The notes below the pieces were generated by a model. It saw nothing but the letters and a program-made list of their open reading frames with translations, was not told where the DNA came from and did no database searches. A stretch of DNA of 64,000 nt, from IMG/VR virus record IMGVR_UViG_3300049044_000094. The stretch is one strand, 5' to 3'. This DNA is from a virus. Lineage: Duplodnaviria > Heunggongvirae > Uroviricota > Caudoviricetes. A program made the position numbers and the translations under genes. Below, in pieces: positions 47,504 through 57,736 of this stretch; position 1 is the stretch's first letter, and every line of letters starts with the position of its first letter.

Positions 47504-50166
47504 TATGCTGCTACCTTTGCTTTTGAAATGAAATCGATAACTTCAGCGACCTTGTCGTCGGGCAATTTCTTCCCTTCCCACTCAGGCCCAATGACGCCAT
47601 CAATACTGCCCAAAACCTCGTCCAGTTCGATTTGGCTGAAGGCGGGGTTGGTCTTGTCGAACGGCCGGAAAGTACGCCCCACCGCTACGCTGCAGTTCAA
47701 CGGGAGTGACTTCACGATCTCCGGATGCTCACACATTGCTTGCCTCAACAGCGGGATAAAGGTGGTGACGACGCTCTGGTGGACTGAGAAGACAAGTTCG
47801 TCGTGGATCGGAATCATGAACCTTACGCGATCGGCAATATCTGCCTCGTCCACGAGTTGGCGCAGACGCAGGATCGACCGTTTTGCCAGAGCCGCGCAGG
47901 TGCCTTGGATCATCGCATTCACCGCCTGGTTCCGGGCGCGGCCTTGAATCCTTCGGATAGCGAGGTCGGCATATGCCATCATCGAGCCTTGGCTCGAGAT
48001 GTCAGCGAATTTACGGAGCATCGTCGTGGCCCATGCTGAAGTGGCCTCGGCGCGCACTCGACGGTGGCCGTCCGGTAGCGTGATGAACCCACGCTCGACA
48101 ACTTCGTCGCCCACTCCAACGCGCCACTTCTCAGCGATCGCAAAGCGTTGCCGATAGCGGTCGACCGCCTCCCACATTTCATCCGGTGACCAGCCAAGCG
48201 TCTGACCGACTGTGGAGAGAGCGCCCGAATACCAATACGAGAAGTTGGCACCTTTGCCGACAGGAGTGCCCCGGGTCAGCTTGAAGAAGGCAGCTGGTTC
48301 GATTTCGATACCGGTCGAGATATGCTTTAACACCCGATTATTCGGGTTCCGGTTGAACTTAAACTCTCGAAATTCGGCTTCGGTGAGGCCGGGGAGGGTT
48401 TTGACCGCAAGGCAATCCGCAGCAGCACCGGTGTGAAGATCGCCGTAAGGCAGTTGACCGTAGACTTCGGCGAAAGCGGGATCGCCGCTCAGTTCACCAA
48501 TGAGTACAAGCTCGATGGCCGACCAATCGGCGGAGACCACAACGTGGTCATCCGTATCTCCGAGATAGAAACCTCGGATGTACGTGGACGAGCCCTGCTT
48601 GGCGAGCTGCATGGGGTTGGGAAAGGAGGCGGCCAGGCGGCGGGTGGCGAGCTGCGAAGACAAGCTAGGATAGACACGACTGGTCTCCGGATCCATGAGC
48701 TGCGTGTAGGGCGTCAGATAGAGCTTCATCCGCTGCTCGATCTCGGCCATTTCCTGGAGAGCCTTCAGGATGGCGATGTGGGTCTGCTTGTCCTCGCGCT
48801 CGAAGGTCAGCATCATCTTGCCGCGGGCATCCTTGTCGGTCGACACCTCACCCTCGACGAACACCAGCTTGTGTCCCATCAGGTCGTGGAGCAGCGTCCG
48901 CATACAGTAATAGTGCGTGATGTTGAGCTTGCCCTTCGGCGCCGGCAGGCCGCGCTCGATCGCCCACGCATTGCCGATCGGGTTCGAGACCTGGAAGCAC
49001 TGCTCGAAGTCGTCATCGACGTCGCGTGAGTTGGCCCAGGCCACGATCTCGGCCCGCTTCTTGGCAGCATGCTTGCGATACCAATCCTGCCGCTCGAGGA
49101 GCTGGGCATTCAGCTCAGCCGGGAAGGGCAGCAGCTCGCGGATCAGCGCCTTGGTCTTGCGCAGCACCTTGGCCATTTCGACGCGCTCGACGGCCTGGCG
49201 CTCATAGACCTGCTCAAGGTTCAGACGCAGGCCATCACGCCACGCTTCCGCGTAGACCTGCACCATCGGGTTTTCGGTCTGCAGGAAGGTGACGAACGCC
49301 TGCGGATTGTGGGCCAGCAGGTCGTCACGGAGCCACTTGAAGTGCTGGACCGCCCAGTAGGCGTCGTCGGCGCCGTAGGCGCAGACCTGCTCGCCGGTCA
49401 GCTCGCCCATGTGGGTCGCGCCGGCGGCCTTCAGCACCTCCTCATAGGTGGTTTGCTTGACGCCGAACCGGCTCTCGGTCAGCCGCTTCAGGCTGTAGCC
49501 GGTGGCGATCGATTTGACGAAGCCATTATAGCTGTGCTCCGACTTCGATTCCTTGGCGATGAACTTGCCGAGTAATTCGGCCTGGTCACCGTTCAGGTTG
49601 CGGCCGCGGCTCTCGCCGTCATAATTCGCGAACGCGACCATGACATCCTTGGCCAGGCGCTTGAATGCAGTCAGCGGCTCGGAGAAGAACCGCTGCATTT
49701 CATACTCGTCTGGTCCGTGGTGGCTGACGGCGAGCTGGAGCGTGCAGAGGATATTCTCGAGCTTCACGCCAAGGCACTGCTCGAACATGACAAGCTCGAA
49801 CGGCGCGTTGTGGGCGAGCACGATCGCGTTGGGATTGTGGGCAGCGAGCAGATCCAGCGCCGCCTGCCGATTGAGGCGGTTCTCGACGTCGGCGTGGGCC
49901 AGGTTCACGTACCAGGCGGTGTCGGAGCCGTCCGAGTAGAAGGAAAAGCCCGTCATCGTCGTGCGACGATGATCGAAGACGTGGCGCTTCTTGTTGTTGT
50001 AGGCGTTGAGGCCGGCGTGGCGGGCCTCGTCCTGCGTTTCGCAGTCGAGCCCGAGCAGCGTGGCGGTCGAGATCTCCTGCCGAGCACGGTCGAGAACCTC
50101 GGCGGGGGTGCGGGCGTCGATCAGCACCGAGTTGATCATGAAGAGGCTCCGTAATGGAGAAGACAT
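47503..50166 (-). CDS. DNA polymerase I family A with 3'-5' exonuclease domain
   Basis: Exo I LGLDCETQ; pol motif A/B region and motif C IPIHDELVF. Confidence 0.85.
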   Translation of the reverse strand: MSSPLRSLFMINSVLIDARTPAEVLDRARQEISTATLLGLDCETQDEARHAGLNAYNNKKRHVFDHRRTTMTGFSFYSDGSDTAWYVNLAHADVENRLNRQAALDLLAAHNPNAIVLAHNAPFELVMFEQCLGVKLENILCTLQLAVSHHGPDEYEMQRFFSEPLTAFKRLAKDVMVAFANYDGESRGRNLNGDQAELLGKFIAKESKSEHSYNGFVKSIATGYSLKRLTESRFGVKQTTYEEVLKAAGATHMGELTGEQVCAYGADDAYWAVQHFKWLRDDLLAHNPQAFVTFLQTENPMVQVYAEAWRDGLRLNLEQVYERQAVERVEMAKVLRKTKALIRELLPFPAELNAQLLERQDWYRKHAAKKRAEIVAWANSRDVDDDFEQCFQVSNPIGNAWAIERGLPAPKGKLNITHYYCMRTLLHDLMGHKLVFVEGEVSTDKDARGKMMLTFEREDKQTHIAILKALQEMAEIEQRMKLYLTPYTQLMDPETSRVYPSLSSQLATRRLAASFPNPMQLAKQGSSTYIRGFYLGDTDDHVVVSADWSAIELVLIGELSGDPAFAEVYGQLPYGDLHTGAAADCLAVKTLPGLTEAEFREFKFNRNPNNRVLKHISTGIEIEPAAFFKLTRGTPVGKGANFSYWYSGALSTVGQTLGWSPDEMWEAVDRYRQRFAIAEKWRVGVGDEVVERGFITLPDGHRRVRAEATSAWATTMLRKFADISSQGSMMAYADLAIRRIQGRARNQAVNAMIQGTCAALAKRSILRLRQLVDEADIADRVRFMIPIHDELVFSVHQSVVTTFIPLLRQAMCEHPEIVKSLPLNCSVAVGRTFRPFDKTNPAFSQIELDEVLGSIDGVIGPEWEGKKLPDDKVAEVIDFISKAKVAA

Positions 50167-50363
50167 TTCACCACGGTCTGGTCGAGTTCGTGGTTCACGA
50201 TGTCGATGAGGTCACAGGCGGGGGTATTCGTCTGGTAATGATTGATAGCGATGATGCTCGCGAGGTTGGTGATCAGACCGGCCATAAGCTCTTTTGCGGA
50301 AAGAGACTTCGACGCCTGGCTGACGAGACCATGAAGTTGCACACGATAGTCTTCGACGTTCAA
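50136..50363 (-). CDS. hypothetical protein
   Basis: 75-aa ORF. Confidence 0.3.
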   Translation of the reverse strand: MNVEDYRVQLHGLVSQASKSLSAKELMAGLITNLASIIAINHYQTNTPACDLIDIVNHELDQTVVKCLLHYGASS

Positions 50364-51148
50364 AGAAAATACCTTGAGAGCAGGGCTTCGCCCTGCGGGA
50401 TATCGGTTTGGCCGACTGTGATGCCGGCGTTCAGCTCGTCGTCGGGGACGGTGTGGAAATGGGTGATGAGCAGCATGTTCTGCAGCTCGGCGATGTTGTC
50501 AGGATCGAGCAGCCAGTTTGCCACCGATTTTGTGACCGGGAGCCCGACAAACCCCGCTGGGTCACCAGCGACTATGGCACGTTCAAACTGGGCCCAATGA
50601 TCGCCCAGATTGTCCCACGCCTTGGGTCCGAAACCTGGGATACCAGAGATGTTGTCGGACGGGTCGCCGCGGGTTGCCTTATACAAAGGGATCCACCGCG
50701 CCGTCAGAGCCGAGTTGGGCTTGCGAACGCCGTTCAGCGTAACATTCGGCATTTCCTCGAGCTGTGCGTAGTCGAGGTCGTTGGTGTGGATCGTGACGTC
50801 GGTGCCGCGGCCGGCGAACTGGCGGGCGAGGGTGAAGATGACGTCGTCCGCCTCCCACCCCTTGCACTCGATCTGAATGCCGGGGGACAGCGTCAACAGT
50901 TCACGCCAGAGCTTGATCTGCGCGAACATGTCCTCCGCCATCGGCGTGCGGTTGGCCTTGTACGCTGGGTAGATTTCCTTGCGGCGCCGGTTATGGTCAT
51001 AGCCATCCCACACCCAGATCTGGGTGTGGAGCGGGGCGGCCAGGGTGGTGTGATAGCGCATACGCATCGACATCGGCTTCTCTGATGGGAGAAGCTGCTT
51101 CGACATCGCACGGAGCATCACGTTGTTTCCGTCGTAGATGTGGATCAT
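50360..51148 (-). CDS. 5'-3' exonuclease / flap endonuclease
   Basis: YKANR, GWEADDV, ATRGDPSDNISGIPGFG motifs. Confidence 0.75.
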   Translation of the reverse strand: MIHIYDGNNVMLRAMSKQLLPSEKPMSMRMRYHTTLAAPLHTQIWVWDGYDHNRRRKEIYPAYKANRTPMAEDMFAQIKLWRELLTLSPGIQIECKGWEADDVIFTLARQFAGRGTDVTIHTNDLDYAQLEEMPNVTLNGVRKPNSALTARWIPLYKATRGDPSDNISGIPGFGPKAWDNLGDHWAQFERAIVAGDPAGFVGLPVTKSVANWLLDPDNIAELQNMLLITHFHTVPDDELNAGITVGQTDIPQGEALLSRYFL

Positions 51149-51462
51149 TCAGGAGCGACCAGTCCACGCAAATAGCGCACCGCCTCGAAAAATACGGGGT
51201 CGGTGCGCAGCAATTCCTTGGCCTTTGCGCATCCGAGCGCGACGGCCTTGTGGTCCTTGTCGATCATCTTGCCGGTGCGATTGAGCGACCAGCCAACATG
51301 TTCGACGAGGACATGGCAAAGAGCCCAGCGAGCCAGGCTTGGGCGACCACGGCGCCGGCTCGAGAAAATAGTGCCTTCGCTGAGGTCATAAAAATGCTCG
51401 GCCGCGGCAACGAGGCGAGGCCCCAGGTTTTGCCTGGGGCCTCGGGCAGTCAGATCAGACAA
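51145..51462 (-). CDS. DnaA domain IV-like HTH protein
   Basis: SSRRRGRPSLARWALCHVLVEHVGWSLNRTGKMIDKDHKAVALGCAKAKELLRTDP parallels the DnaA C-terminal DNA-binding fold. Confidence 0.5.
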   Translation of the reverse strand: MSDLTARGPRQNLGPRLVAAAEHFYDLSEGTIFSSRRRGRPSLARWALCHVLVEHVGWSLNRTGKMIDKDHKAVALGCAKAKELLRTDPVFFEAVRYLRGLVAPE

Positions 51463-52144
51463 CCTCGAGCTTCTCGAACTCGACCACGCCCCACTCGTTG
51501 TTGTTCGAGTTGGTGCGCTTGGCGTGCGTCAGTTTCACCTTCAGGGTGGCCTCAAGCAGCGTCGGGTCTTCCTTCTGCAGCTTCTTGAGGAAGCGCTGGA
51601 AGCTCTTGAAGCCCGTGATCGACGGGGTCAGGCCGATGCGGGTGCCGGAGTCGATGACGAGCGCGGACTTGGGATCCTTGACGTCATCGACCAGTTCGAA
51701 CGGAATTTCGGCGGACTGATAAGGTCCATCGAACTTCGTGTTCGTCCGCTGGAGGTGGCTCATCGCGAGCTGGAAGTTCTGACCCTGAGCGGTCGTCACC
51801 CCATCGTAGCTCTTGATGAAGGTCGTCTTGCCGGCGGTCTCGCCGCGCGCCGACCAGATCAACGCGACCTCGGTCATGTCGATCTCGACAGTCAGCTCCT
51901 CGAGCAGGCCCTTGAAGTCCTTGCCCAGCTTCAGGCCTTCGGCCTTCACCTGGAGGAAGTCATCGACGTCGAGGCCGCCGCTTTCTGCGGCCTGGGCGAG
52001 CGTCGGCTTGGCAAGTGCGGTGTTGTTGTTGTTGGCGGGTGCGGGGAGATTCTCCGGCGCCGTCTGGACCTGGGGCGGCACATAAGCCTGAGCGGCCTGC
52101 TGAGCCTGATCGAGCACGGAAGCAAGAGCGGAGTTGGTAGCCAT
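51455..52144 (-). CDS. hypothetical, possible ssDNA-binding/annealing protein
   Basis: position between helicase and DnaA-like genes; Gln/Ala-rich N-term, beta-rich C-term. Confidence 0.3.
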   Translation of the reverse strand: MATNSALASVLDQAQQAAQAYVPPQVQTAPENLPAPANNNNTALAKPTLAQAAESGGLDVDDFLQVKAEGLKLGKDFKGLLEELTVEIDMTEVALIWSARGETAGKTTFIKSYDGVTTAQGQNFQLAMSHLQRTNTKFDGPYQSAEIPFELVDDVKDPKSALVIDSGTRIGLTPSITGFKSFQRFLKKLQKEDPTLLEATLKVKLTHAKRTNSNNNEWGVVEFEKLEVV

Positions 52145-52232
52145 AAAGTCTCCAGATTGAGAGCATAAGTGGGCAAGGCGCCCAAGATGGATTTCGCCGG
52201 TTAAGCGACATCTCTCAAGGATAATGAAACAA

Positions 52233-52245
52233 AAGACCTGGTCAT
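52233..52245. promoter_or_regulatory. palindrome motif site 5 AAGACCTGGTCAT (1 mismatch), overlaps helicase stop
   Basis: family member. Confidence 0.5.
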
Positions 52246-53982
52246 TTATGCTGCAAATTGAAGAACAGGTCGGGTTGGATCGACCTTGTTCGCCAACTGC
52301 GATTTGTGCGCCAGGATCTCATACTGGCGCCTGTCTATGGTGTCCTCATATTCGAGTGAGGTGACACGCAGGGTCTTGGTCCGCGTGCCACGACTGGCCC
52401 GTCGATAGGCCTGGATGTAGTTCACGTCCTGATAGTCGACGGATGGGTAGATGACGTGGTCGGCTCGTTCCCAATTGTAGCCGACGCCGGCAGTGGGGCC
52501 GGAGGCGACGATGACATCGAGCTGACCATTGCGGAAAGCTTGGTCGATTTCGTTGCGCTTGTTGAAGGATACGTCGGAGTTGATGAGGCCGGTGCGAAGA
52601 CCGCAGTCCTGCATCAATTTGACGATGCGGCGTTGTTCAGGTTTGAGGGCAGCGAAGATGAGCATCGGCTGCCCCTCGGCGGCGTAAATGCGAAGACGCT
52701 GGTCCTTGCCAGTCTCTTCGCCCTTGGCGATCCCCATCGTCTCGGGGTGACCAAGGATCTGGCGGGCTCTGATCACGGCAACGCCGGGCAGCGTGCCGTC
52801 GAGCACCTCCATATTCTCAAGCTCGAGCATGGCCTGTTCGTGGAACAGGTCATATTGGGCGCGGCATTTGGGCCCGACCTCCACCAGCTCGTGGAAGAAG
52901 ACCACGTCTTCCTTGCCATAGGCCTGCTCGAAGGTGACCTGCCGGCTGTGGCGCTCCAGGATTTGTCTGACCTTGTCTTCGTTGTTCCAGACAAGGACGC
53001 GGCCGTAGTTGTCCATGAAGCCTGCATGCTCGTTCAGGAACCCGGCGTGACTGCCATAATAGCGCGGCTCGATGACGTGGATCGCAGGGAAGGCGCTGTC
53101 GAGCTGGCCGTCCACGAGCGAGCCGGTCATCCCGACGAAATTTTCGCAGTGCTGGTTGATGTAGTAGAAGCTCTGTGTCTGCTCGCTCTCCGGTCGCTTG
53201 TAACCAAGGTGCAGCTCATCGACGAGGAACAGGTCGATATCGGGATGGGTGTCGAGCAGGCGCTGCCAGTGCGATCGCAGGAAGGCGAACGACACGATGA
53301 ACACCTTCGCGTCGGCCGCGGCCGCGATCAGGTCGATCGCTTCCTCGTCCTCGGTGACGTTCTTTTCGTATTGTGGCGCGCCGCTCGGGCCGAGGACGGC
53401 GGTCACAATCACCGAAGTGGTGGGATCATAAACGGCAGGATCGACCAGCGCCTTGCCGACGCGATAGGCGTGCGGCGGCTGACATCCAGGTTGGACCGGA
53501 CCCTGCAGCTCCACGCGCTCGATCGGGGTGATCCCCTGCTTCTCCAATGCGTACGTGTGCGTCCGCCGCACCGTCACGCCGCTGGCACGGGCGTCGGCGA
53601 TGCGGACGGCGAGGCTGCGGATTTTCTTCTGCCGAACGATCGTCGGCCCGGTCCAGCTCTTCGTCAAGGGAGCATGGTCGCTCTCGAGGATGACCACGTC
53701 GTCCTCGGCGAACTCGGTGAATTTCACCATCTCACCGCGGTTCTTTTTCATGAGCGACAAAGGCATCGCCCACACGGTCTTCTTCTGACGACGCTCCCAG
53801 TGGAACCAGGACAGCACGCACACGGTGGGCGTCTTGCCGGTTCCGGGGTGGCTGGTGTTGAGGGATTTCTTGGCGGCTATGTGGAAGCCGAGATGTTCGA
53901 TCTGATAGTCTCGGAGGGTGGGGGCGTCAGTCGACATGATGAGCAGAAAGCTCGGTGATCGCCTTGGCCAGCTCTTGTGCAT
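52246..53982 (-). CDS. SNF2-family helicase
   Basis: motif I HPGTGKT, motif II DELH, C-terminal helicase domain; start may be 53937. Confidence 0.7.
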   Translation of the reverse strand: MHKSWPRRSPSFLLIMSTDAPTLRDYQIEHLGFHIAAKKSLNTSHPGTGKTPTVCVLSWFHWERRQKKTVWAMPLSLMKKNRGEMVKFTEFAEDDVVILESDHAPLTKSWTGPTIVRQKKIRSLAVRIADARASGVTVRRTHTYALEKQGITPIERVELQGPVQPGCQPPHAYRVGKALVDPAVYDPTTSVIVTAVLGPSGAPQYEKNVTEDEEAIDLIAAAADAKVFIVSFAFLRSHWQRLLDTHPDIDLFLVDELHLGYKRPESEQTQSFYYINQHCENFVGMTGSLVDGQLDSAFPAIHVIEPRYYGSHAGFLNEHAGFMDNYGRVLVWNNEDKVRQILERHSRQVTFEQAYGKEDVVFFHELVEVGPKCRAQYDLFHEQAMLELENMEVLDGTLPGVAVIRARQILGHPETMGIAKGEETGKDQRLRIYAAEGQPMLIFAALKPEQRRIVKLMQDCGLRTGLINSDVSFNKRNEIDQAFRNGQLDVIVASGPTAGVGYNWERADHVIYPSVDYQDVNYIQAYRRASRGTRTKTLRVTSLEYEDTIDRRQYEILAHKSQLANKVDPTRPVLQFAA

Positions 53983-54136
53983 GGGGCCAAGGGATTATGA
54001 CTTCCCGCTGCTGATGGGTTTCGCTGTAAAGGATACGGCAGAGATCGAGCCCATCCGGATCGGGACCGACTTGTACATACCAGCCTTTATCATCATCATA
54101 GACGCGGATCGATCGCTCGACACTTATGCGGGGCAT
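53927..54136 (-). CDS. hypothetical small protein
   Basis: part of 14-gene overlapping chain. Confidence 0.25.
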   Translation of the reverse strand: MPRISVERSIRVYDDDKGWYVQVGPDPDGLDLCRILYSETHQQREVIIPWPHAQELAKAITELSAHHVD

Positions 54137-54357
54137 TGCTTGTCCTCGACAGGATAATAGATCAACTGACCACCTGCGCGGTATCCGCCGCGCAGGAGGC
54201 CCTTCTTCTTGAGTTTGTGGCACCGGCGACGAAGCCAGTCGTCACGATAGCGCAGGGAGACAGTGAACTCGCCTTTGAGGCGGGCGATTTCGAGGATGCG
54301 CTCGGGTGTGTCACGCTCTTTGCGATCGCGCTCGGCGCGGGCGTTGTAGTACGTCAT
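54124..54357 (-). CDS. hypothetical small protein
   Basis: 77 aa. Confidence 0.3.
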   Translation of the reverse strand: MTYYNARAERDRKERDTPERILEIARLKGEFTVSLRYRDDWLRRRCHKLKKKGLLRGGYRAGGQLIYYPVEDKQCPA

Positions 54358-54665
54358 ATTGGTCGATAGACTTCCGTTCGGCCGTCCTCTGGTTGCAGAA
54401 TCAACACGACATTTGACGGCTCATCCCACTCAATCTGCTTGGTGATCAACTCGACGAACTCATCCCGACAGTGGAAGTAATTGAAGCCGGCGCCGAAAGC
54501 ATGGTATTGCGGGTGCTTGCTACCACCGGTGGCATCGTCCACGCGAATGAGAGCGCCAAACCCGCGCTCGTCGAGCCAGGTGTTGATGAGGATGAACGGG
54601 TCATACCCTCGTTGCGCGTCCTCCACGCAGTGCGTGATCAGCATGACTCCAGTGACGACACTCAT
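54354..54665 (-). CDS. hypothetical protein
   Basis: 103 aa, ATGA-coupled. Confidence 0.3.
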   Translation of the reverse strand: MSVVTGVMLITHCVEDAQRGYDPFILINTWLDERGFGALIRVDDATGGSKHPQYHAFGAGFNYFHCRDEFVELITKQIEWDEPSNVVLILQPEDGRTEVYRPI

Positions 54666-54862
54666 TCTTCGTAACTCCTAATTGGGGCGAAGACGTTATC
54701 CAGTTCGTCCTCCCGAACGAAGCCAAAATCCTCGGGGCCGTCGATCTCCCAGCCGCACGCACAGGCGAAATTGCCGCGCACAAGGAGGCCTACGCCCACG
54801 TCAACGCTGTCGCTCTCAGCGACGTCGCCGCAGGCGGGACATTTCATTTGGTCTTCACGCAT
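54662..54862 (-). CDS. zinc-ribbon small protein
   Basis: CPACG..CACGW Cys pairs. Confidence 0.35.
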   Translation of the reverse strand: MREDQMKCPACGDVAESDSVDVGVGLLVRGNFACACGWEIDGPEDFGFVREDELDNVFAPIRSYEE

Positions 54863-54865
54863 GGG

Positions 54866-55183
54866 TCAGATTCCGAGAGCCGCACGGACATCAGCGCCGC
54901 GCTTAGCGTATCCAAGGCCGTGACCTTTGTTGAACATTGCGAACGCACGCTCGATAAAGGCGACGCAGGCGTCGACCGATAAAACTCCATCGAGAGACAG
55001 GATGTTGTAATCGGGCCAAGGTCCTACGTTCGGCCCATCATTCGAGATCAGGCTATGGGCAGGCTCTCGACCGTTGTTGATGGTCGTCAGTCGCCAGCTA
55101 AGCCCCTCGGTCTCGAATGTGTACACATGCCACCCATTGTGAGGTGGATCGTGTTCAACATACGGGTGGTTCAGCTTTGCCAT
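54866..55183 (-). CDS. hypothetical protein
   Basis: GGGAG RBS before ATG 55183. Confidence 0.35.
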   Translation of the reverse strand: MAKLNHPYVEHDPPHNGWHVYTFETEGLSWRLTTINNGREPAHSLISNDGPNVGPWPDYNILSLDGVLSVDACVAFIERAFAMFNKGHGLGYAKRGADVRAALGI

Positions 55184-55473
55184 ACAGGCTCCCACGGACT
55201 TGGGCTTTCGGTACAGCCGCATCGTTTGACGTCGTAGTCGACGTCCTGCTTGCAGCGCTTGCACCACCAACCGGTGGGCGGGATCTCGACCCCACCCTGG
55301 GCGATGACCTGCTGGTGGACGGACTCCGGATCGTCGATGTCGCCTTTGACATCGAGCGAACGGCCGCCAAGATCGTAGCAGCGGTCGTTGATGTTAATCT
55401 TGCCTACGCTGCCGACCTTCATGTCGGAGGCGCCGTTGTTGCGTGAGAAGATGTTCTTGAGGCTGAGGGCCAT
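55171..55473 (-). CDS. zinc-finger small protein
   Basis: CKRCKQ..CGC motif. Confidence 0.35.
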   Translation of the reverse strand: MALSLKNIFSRNNGASDMKVGSVGKININDRCYDLGGRSLDVKGDIDDPESVHQQVIAQGGVEIPPTGWWCKRCKQDVDYDVKRCGCTESPSPWEPVWQS

Positions 55474-55524
55474 CAGAAATTCCTACGATGTGATTTCATC
55501 CGTAGCTCGCGGCGGACGAGCCAA

Positions 55525-55857
55525 TCAGGCGTTGCCCACCAACTCGGGCTGTAGCGATGACGGACGCGCCAGAACCAGCGGCGGTGTTGTTCGTTGCGGA
55601 TCATTTTCAATGTCCTGGTTGTAGGCGAGATAATCGCAAACCTGCTCAGTCACCGACGCTTCCCAGTAAGGGTCCAATTTCTCGAGGCGATCGTAGACCG
55701 CCTGCGAAACCTCTTTGGCCTTCGAACCATCGCGCTTCTGCCAGTAGAGTGCATCGACTCCAGCGTCGTCGTCGGTCGTCCACCCGTCACCGCGGGTGAA
55801 CCAGACCTCGGCGATCACGGGTAGGCCGCCTAGGATTGTGCAGGGTGCTTCAGGCAT
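55525..55857 (-). CDS. hypothetical protein
   Basis: 110 aa. Confidence 0.3.
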   Translation of the reverse strand: MPEAPCTILGGLPVIAEVWFTRGDGWTTDDDAGVDALYWQKRDGSKAKEVSQAVYDRLEKLDPYWEASVTEQVCDYLAYNQDIENDPQRTTPPLVLARPSSLQPELVGNA

Positions 55858-55875
55858 ATCAACTCAAGTCCTGCT

Positions 55876-56136
55876 TCAGGATTTAGGTTTGCCGAAGTAC
55901 GAGGGCGGCCAGGCCACATGCCACTCGATCGTACCAACAGGCGGGTTGATGTCGGCGTAGTGTGTGATGTCGTTCAACGGGCCACCTTCGGTCGTTTCGT
56001 TCCAACCAGGTCCTTCCTCCCACCAACGCTCGGAAGCCCACACACCAACATCGGCACTGGTGCCATCCCAGAGCAGCATCTCGCGGCCGTCTTTGCGGTC
56101 CTCGGGCATCTCGGCGATGGGCTTCCAGTCGATCAT
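55876..56136 (-). CDS. DUF551-like phage protein
   Basis: Trp-rich MIDWKPIAEMPED..WWEEGPGW resembles DUF551. Confidence 0.35.
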   Translation of the reverse strand: MIDWKPIAEMPEDRKDGREMLLWDGTSADVGVWASERWWEEGPGWNETTEGGPLNDITHYADINPPVGTIEWHVAWPPSYFGKPKS

Positions 56137-56162
56137 GTCAATTCAAATCCTATCTCGGGAAC

Positions 56163-56417
56163 TTAGTTGCGCCCGGCGAAGATCGTCTGCGACACGCAAA
56201 TACCAGCAGTCGTACCATCAAGTGTGTCGGCGATCCGCTTGAGCGAGACTGCGATCGATGTGAGCGCGGCCTGCTCCGGCGTCCGCTGGGAGCGCGCCTC
56301 CGGTTCCAGTTTCCCCTCGAAGGGGGAGGCGGCGGCTACGTCACGGATAGATGTGCCGGGTGCTGCTGCGGTTTCCGGCTCGCAATAAGGGCCTGCGGTT
56401 CCACCCCAACCTTCCAT
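56163..56417 (-). CDS. hypothetical protein
   Basis: 84 aa. Confidence 0.25.
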   Translation of the reverse strand: MEGWGGTAGPYCEPETAAAPGTSIRDVAAASPFEGKLEPEARSQRTPEQAALTSIAVSLKRIADTLDGTTAGICVSQTIFAGRN

Positions 56418-56684
56418 CTAAACAGCCTCCTTCGATACCAACGGCGATACCAACTGGCCGTCACCGAGTTCGTCGGTGCTGCGGAGATACGCCAGCAGCC
56501 CTGCGTCTGAGAGTTTGAACGTGCCGCCGTTGGGCATCGACTCCAGCCAGCCCTCCCGGCAAAGTTGGTCCCACAGAGCGGAGACACTGCCGTGCCGGGT
56601 GAGCAGTTCGGGATACCCTTCATCGTCGAGCACGATACGGGCTTCCCCGCCTGCTAAAAGGCCGATCACGTCTCTGAGCGTCAT
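56418..56684 (-). CDS. hypothetical protein
   Basis: 88 aa. Confidence 0.3.
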   Translation of the reverse strand: MTLRDVIGLLAGGEARIVLDDEGYPELLTRHGSVSALWDQLCREGWLESMPNGGTFKLSDAGLLAYLRSTDELGDGQLVSPLVSKEAV

Positions 56685-56932
56685 ATTTCCTCCAATTCGG
56701 TAGCGACTGCGGCTACCGAAGCCACGCGCGCAGTATCAGATTCGATCTCTTGAAACCGGCCGTCGAGAAACTCATCCTCGTGCCGAAACCAAAGGCAACC
56801 GTCATCACCGCGATACGCGACGAGCCTATCGCCTTCGACAAGCTCGCGAGAGGTGGATTTCTGGAGTTCGCCGCGGCCGACCTCGGTGTAGGTCGAGCCG
56901 CGCTTGATATGCTTAAATCTTCTGGAAGGCAT
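56681..56932 (-). CDS. DUF1653-like protein
   Basis: YRGDDGCLWFRHEDEFLDGRF matches the DUF1653 pattern. Confidence 0.4.
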   Translation of the reverse strand: MPSRRFKHIKRGSTYTEVGRGELQKSTSRELVEGDRLVAYRGDDGCLWFRHEDEFLDGRFQEIESDTARVASVAAVATELEEI

Positions 56933-57275
56933 AATCCCACTCGAGCCAAAGGTAATCGATCGCGCTTTTTTCGTTAGTAGTGAGCTGCCTATCGAACGGG
57001 CAGGTGATCCGGCCGCTGCGTTTTACCGTAAAGTCGCGCCCAATCAGGAAGTTGAGCGCGGCTGCGTCATCTTCCCAGTTTTCGACCAGCTTCACGCTAC
57101 TCTCGTTGAACAACTTCAGGCTGCTCTCGTTGAAAATGAATAGGAGTCCGCGATCGTCCTCGACGACATAGCGGACGGTGCCGGATTTCTTGGCGAAGGC
57201 GGCGACAACCTCGCCTTCGAATGTGTAGTCGCCGCTGTCCTTATGGACGCGGTCGCCAACTTGGAATTTAGGCAT
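56913..57275 (-). CDS. KOW/DUF2158-like small protein with internal tandem duplication
   Basis: MPKFQVGDRVHKDSGDYTFEG; FNESSLKL/FNESSVKL from imperfect 24-nt tandem repeat. Confidence 0.35.
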   Translation of the reverse strand: MPKFQVGDRVHKDSGDYTFEGEVVAAFAKKSGTVRYVVEDDRGLLFIFNESSLKLFNESSVKLVENWEDDAAALNFLIGRDFTVKRSGRITCPFDRQLTTNEKSAIDYLWLEWDYAFQKI

Positions 57276-57729
57276 AGGCGAGCTGCCTCTCCTGCTGGAA
57301 AAGAATGTGCGGCACCCAACCGTCGACAGTCTGGAAGCCCCACTCCCGCTCACGCCGGAGGAACACGAACAGCGACGTCGTGCCGGGCTCGATGCTCTTG
57401 ATCGCGTGCAGCGCCGTGGCCGGCCGATAGACGACGTCGCCCGGCTTGCGGATGAAGGTGCCCTCAGGCGTCTCCTCGACATAGCTGCCGCTGAGGACGA
57501 CCGAGATGTTGGCGGCGGGATGGTCGTGCATCTCCTCGCTGTCCGAGCGGACGAAGCGGTGGATGTACACGCTGTCCACGTCACCGCCGGTACGGCGGGC
57601 GGCCCACCAGCGGTTCATGTAGGGCTCGCCGCGCTTGCGGGTGATGACTTCGTCGGGATCGCGGGAATCGATGATGCCTTCGGCCCAGGCGAGGATCTGC
57701 AAACGAAAGATGTCGGGGAGATGGGTCAT
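57268..57729 (-). CDS. cupin-fold protein
   Basis: HDHP..H metal-site pattern; start MTHLPD at 57729 preferred over 57855. Confidence 0.35.
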   Translation of the reverse strand: MTHLPDIFRLQILAWAEGIIDSRDPDEVITRKRGEPYMNRWWAARRTGGDVDSVYIHRFVRSDSEEMHDHPAANISVVLSGSYVEETPEGTFIRKPGDVVYRPATALHAIKSIEPGTTSLFVFLRREREWGFQTVDGWVPHILFQQERQLAYA

Positions 57730-57736
57730 ATCTCTC

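Noticed and set aside
56913-57584. 223-aa ORF from the track
   Set aside because: The N-terminal two thirds is low-complexity Ser/Arg/Ala shadow sequence overlapping the cupin gene; only the C-terminal 120 aa from ATG 57275 with KOW-like MPKFQVGDRV start is kept.
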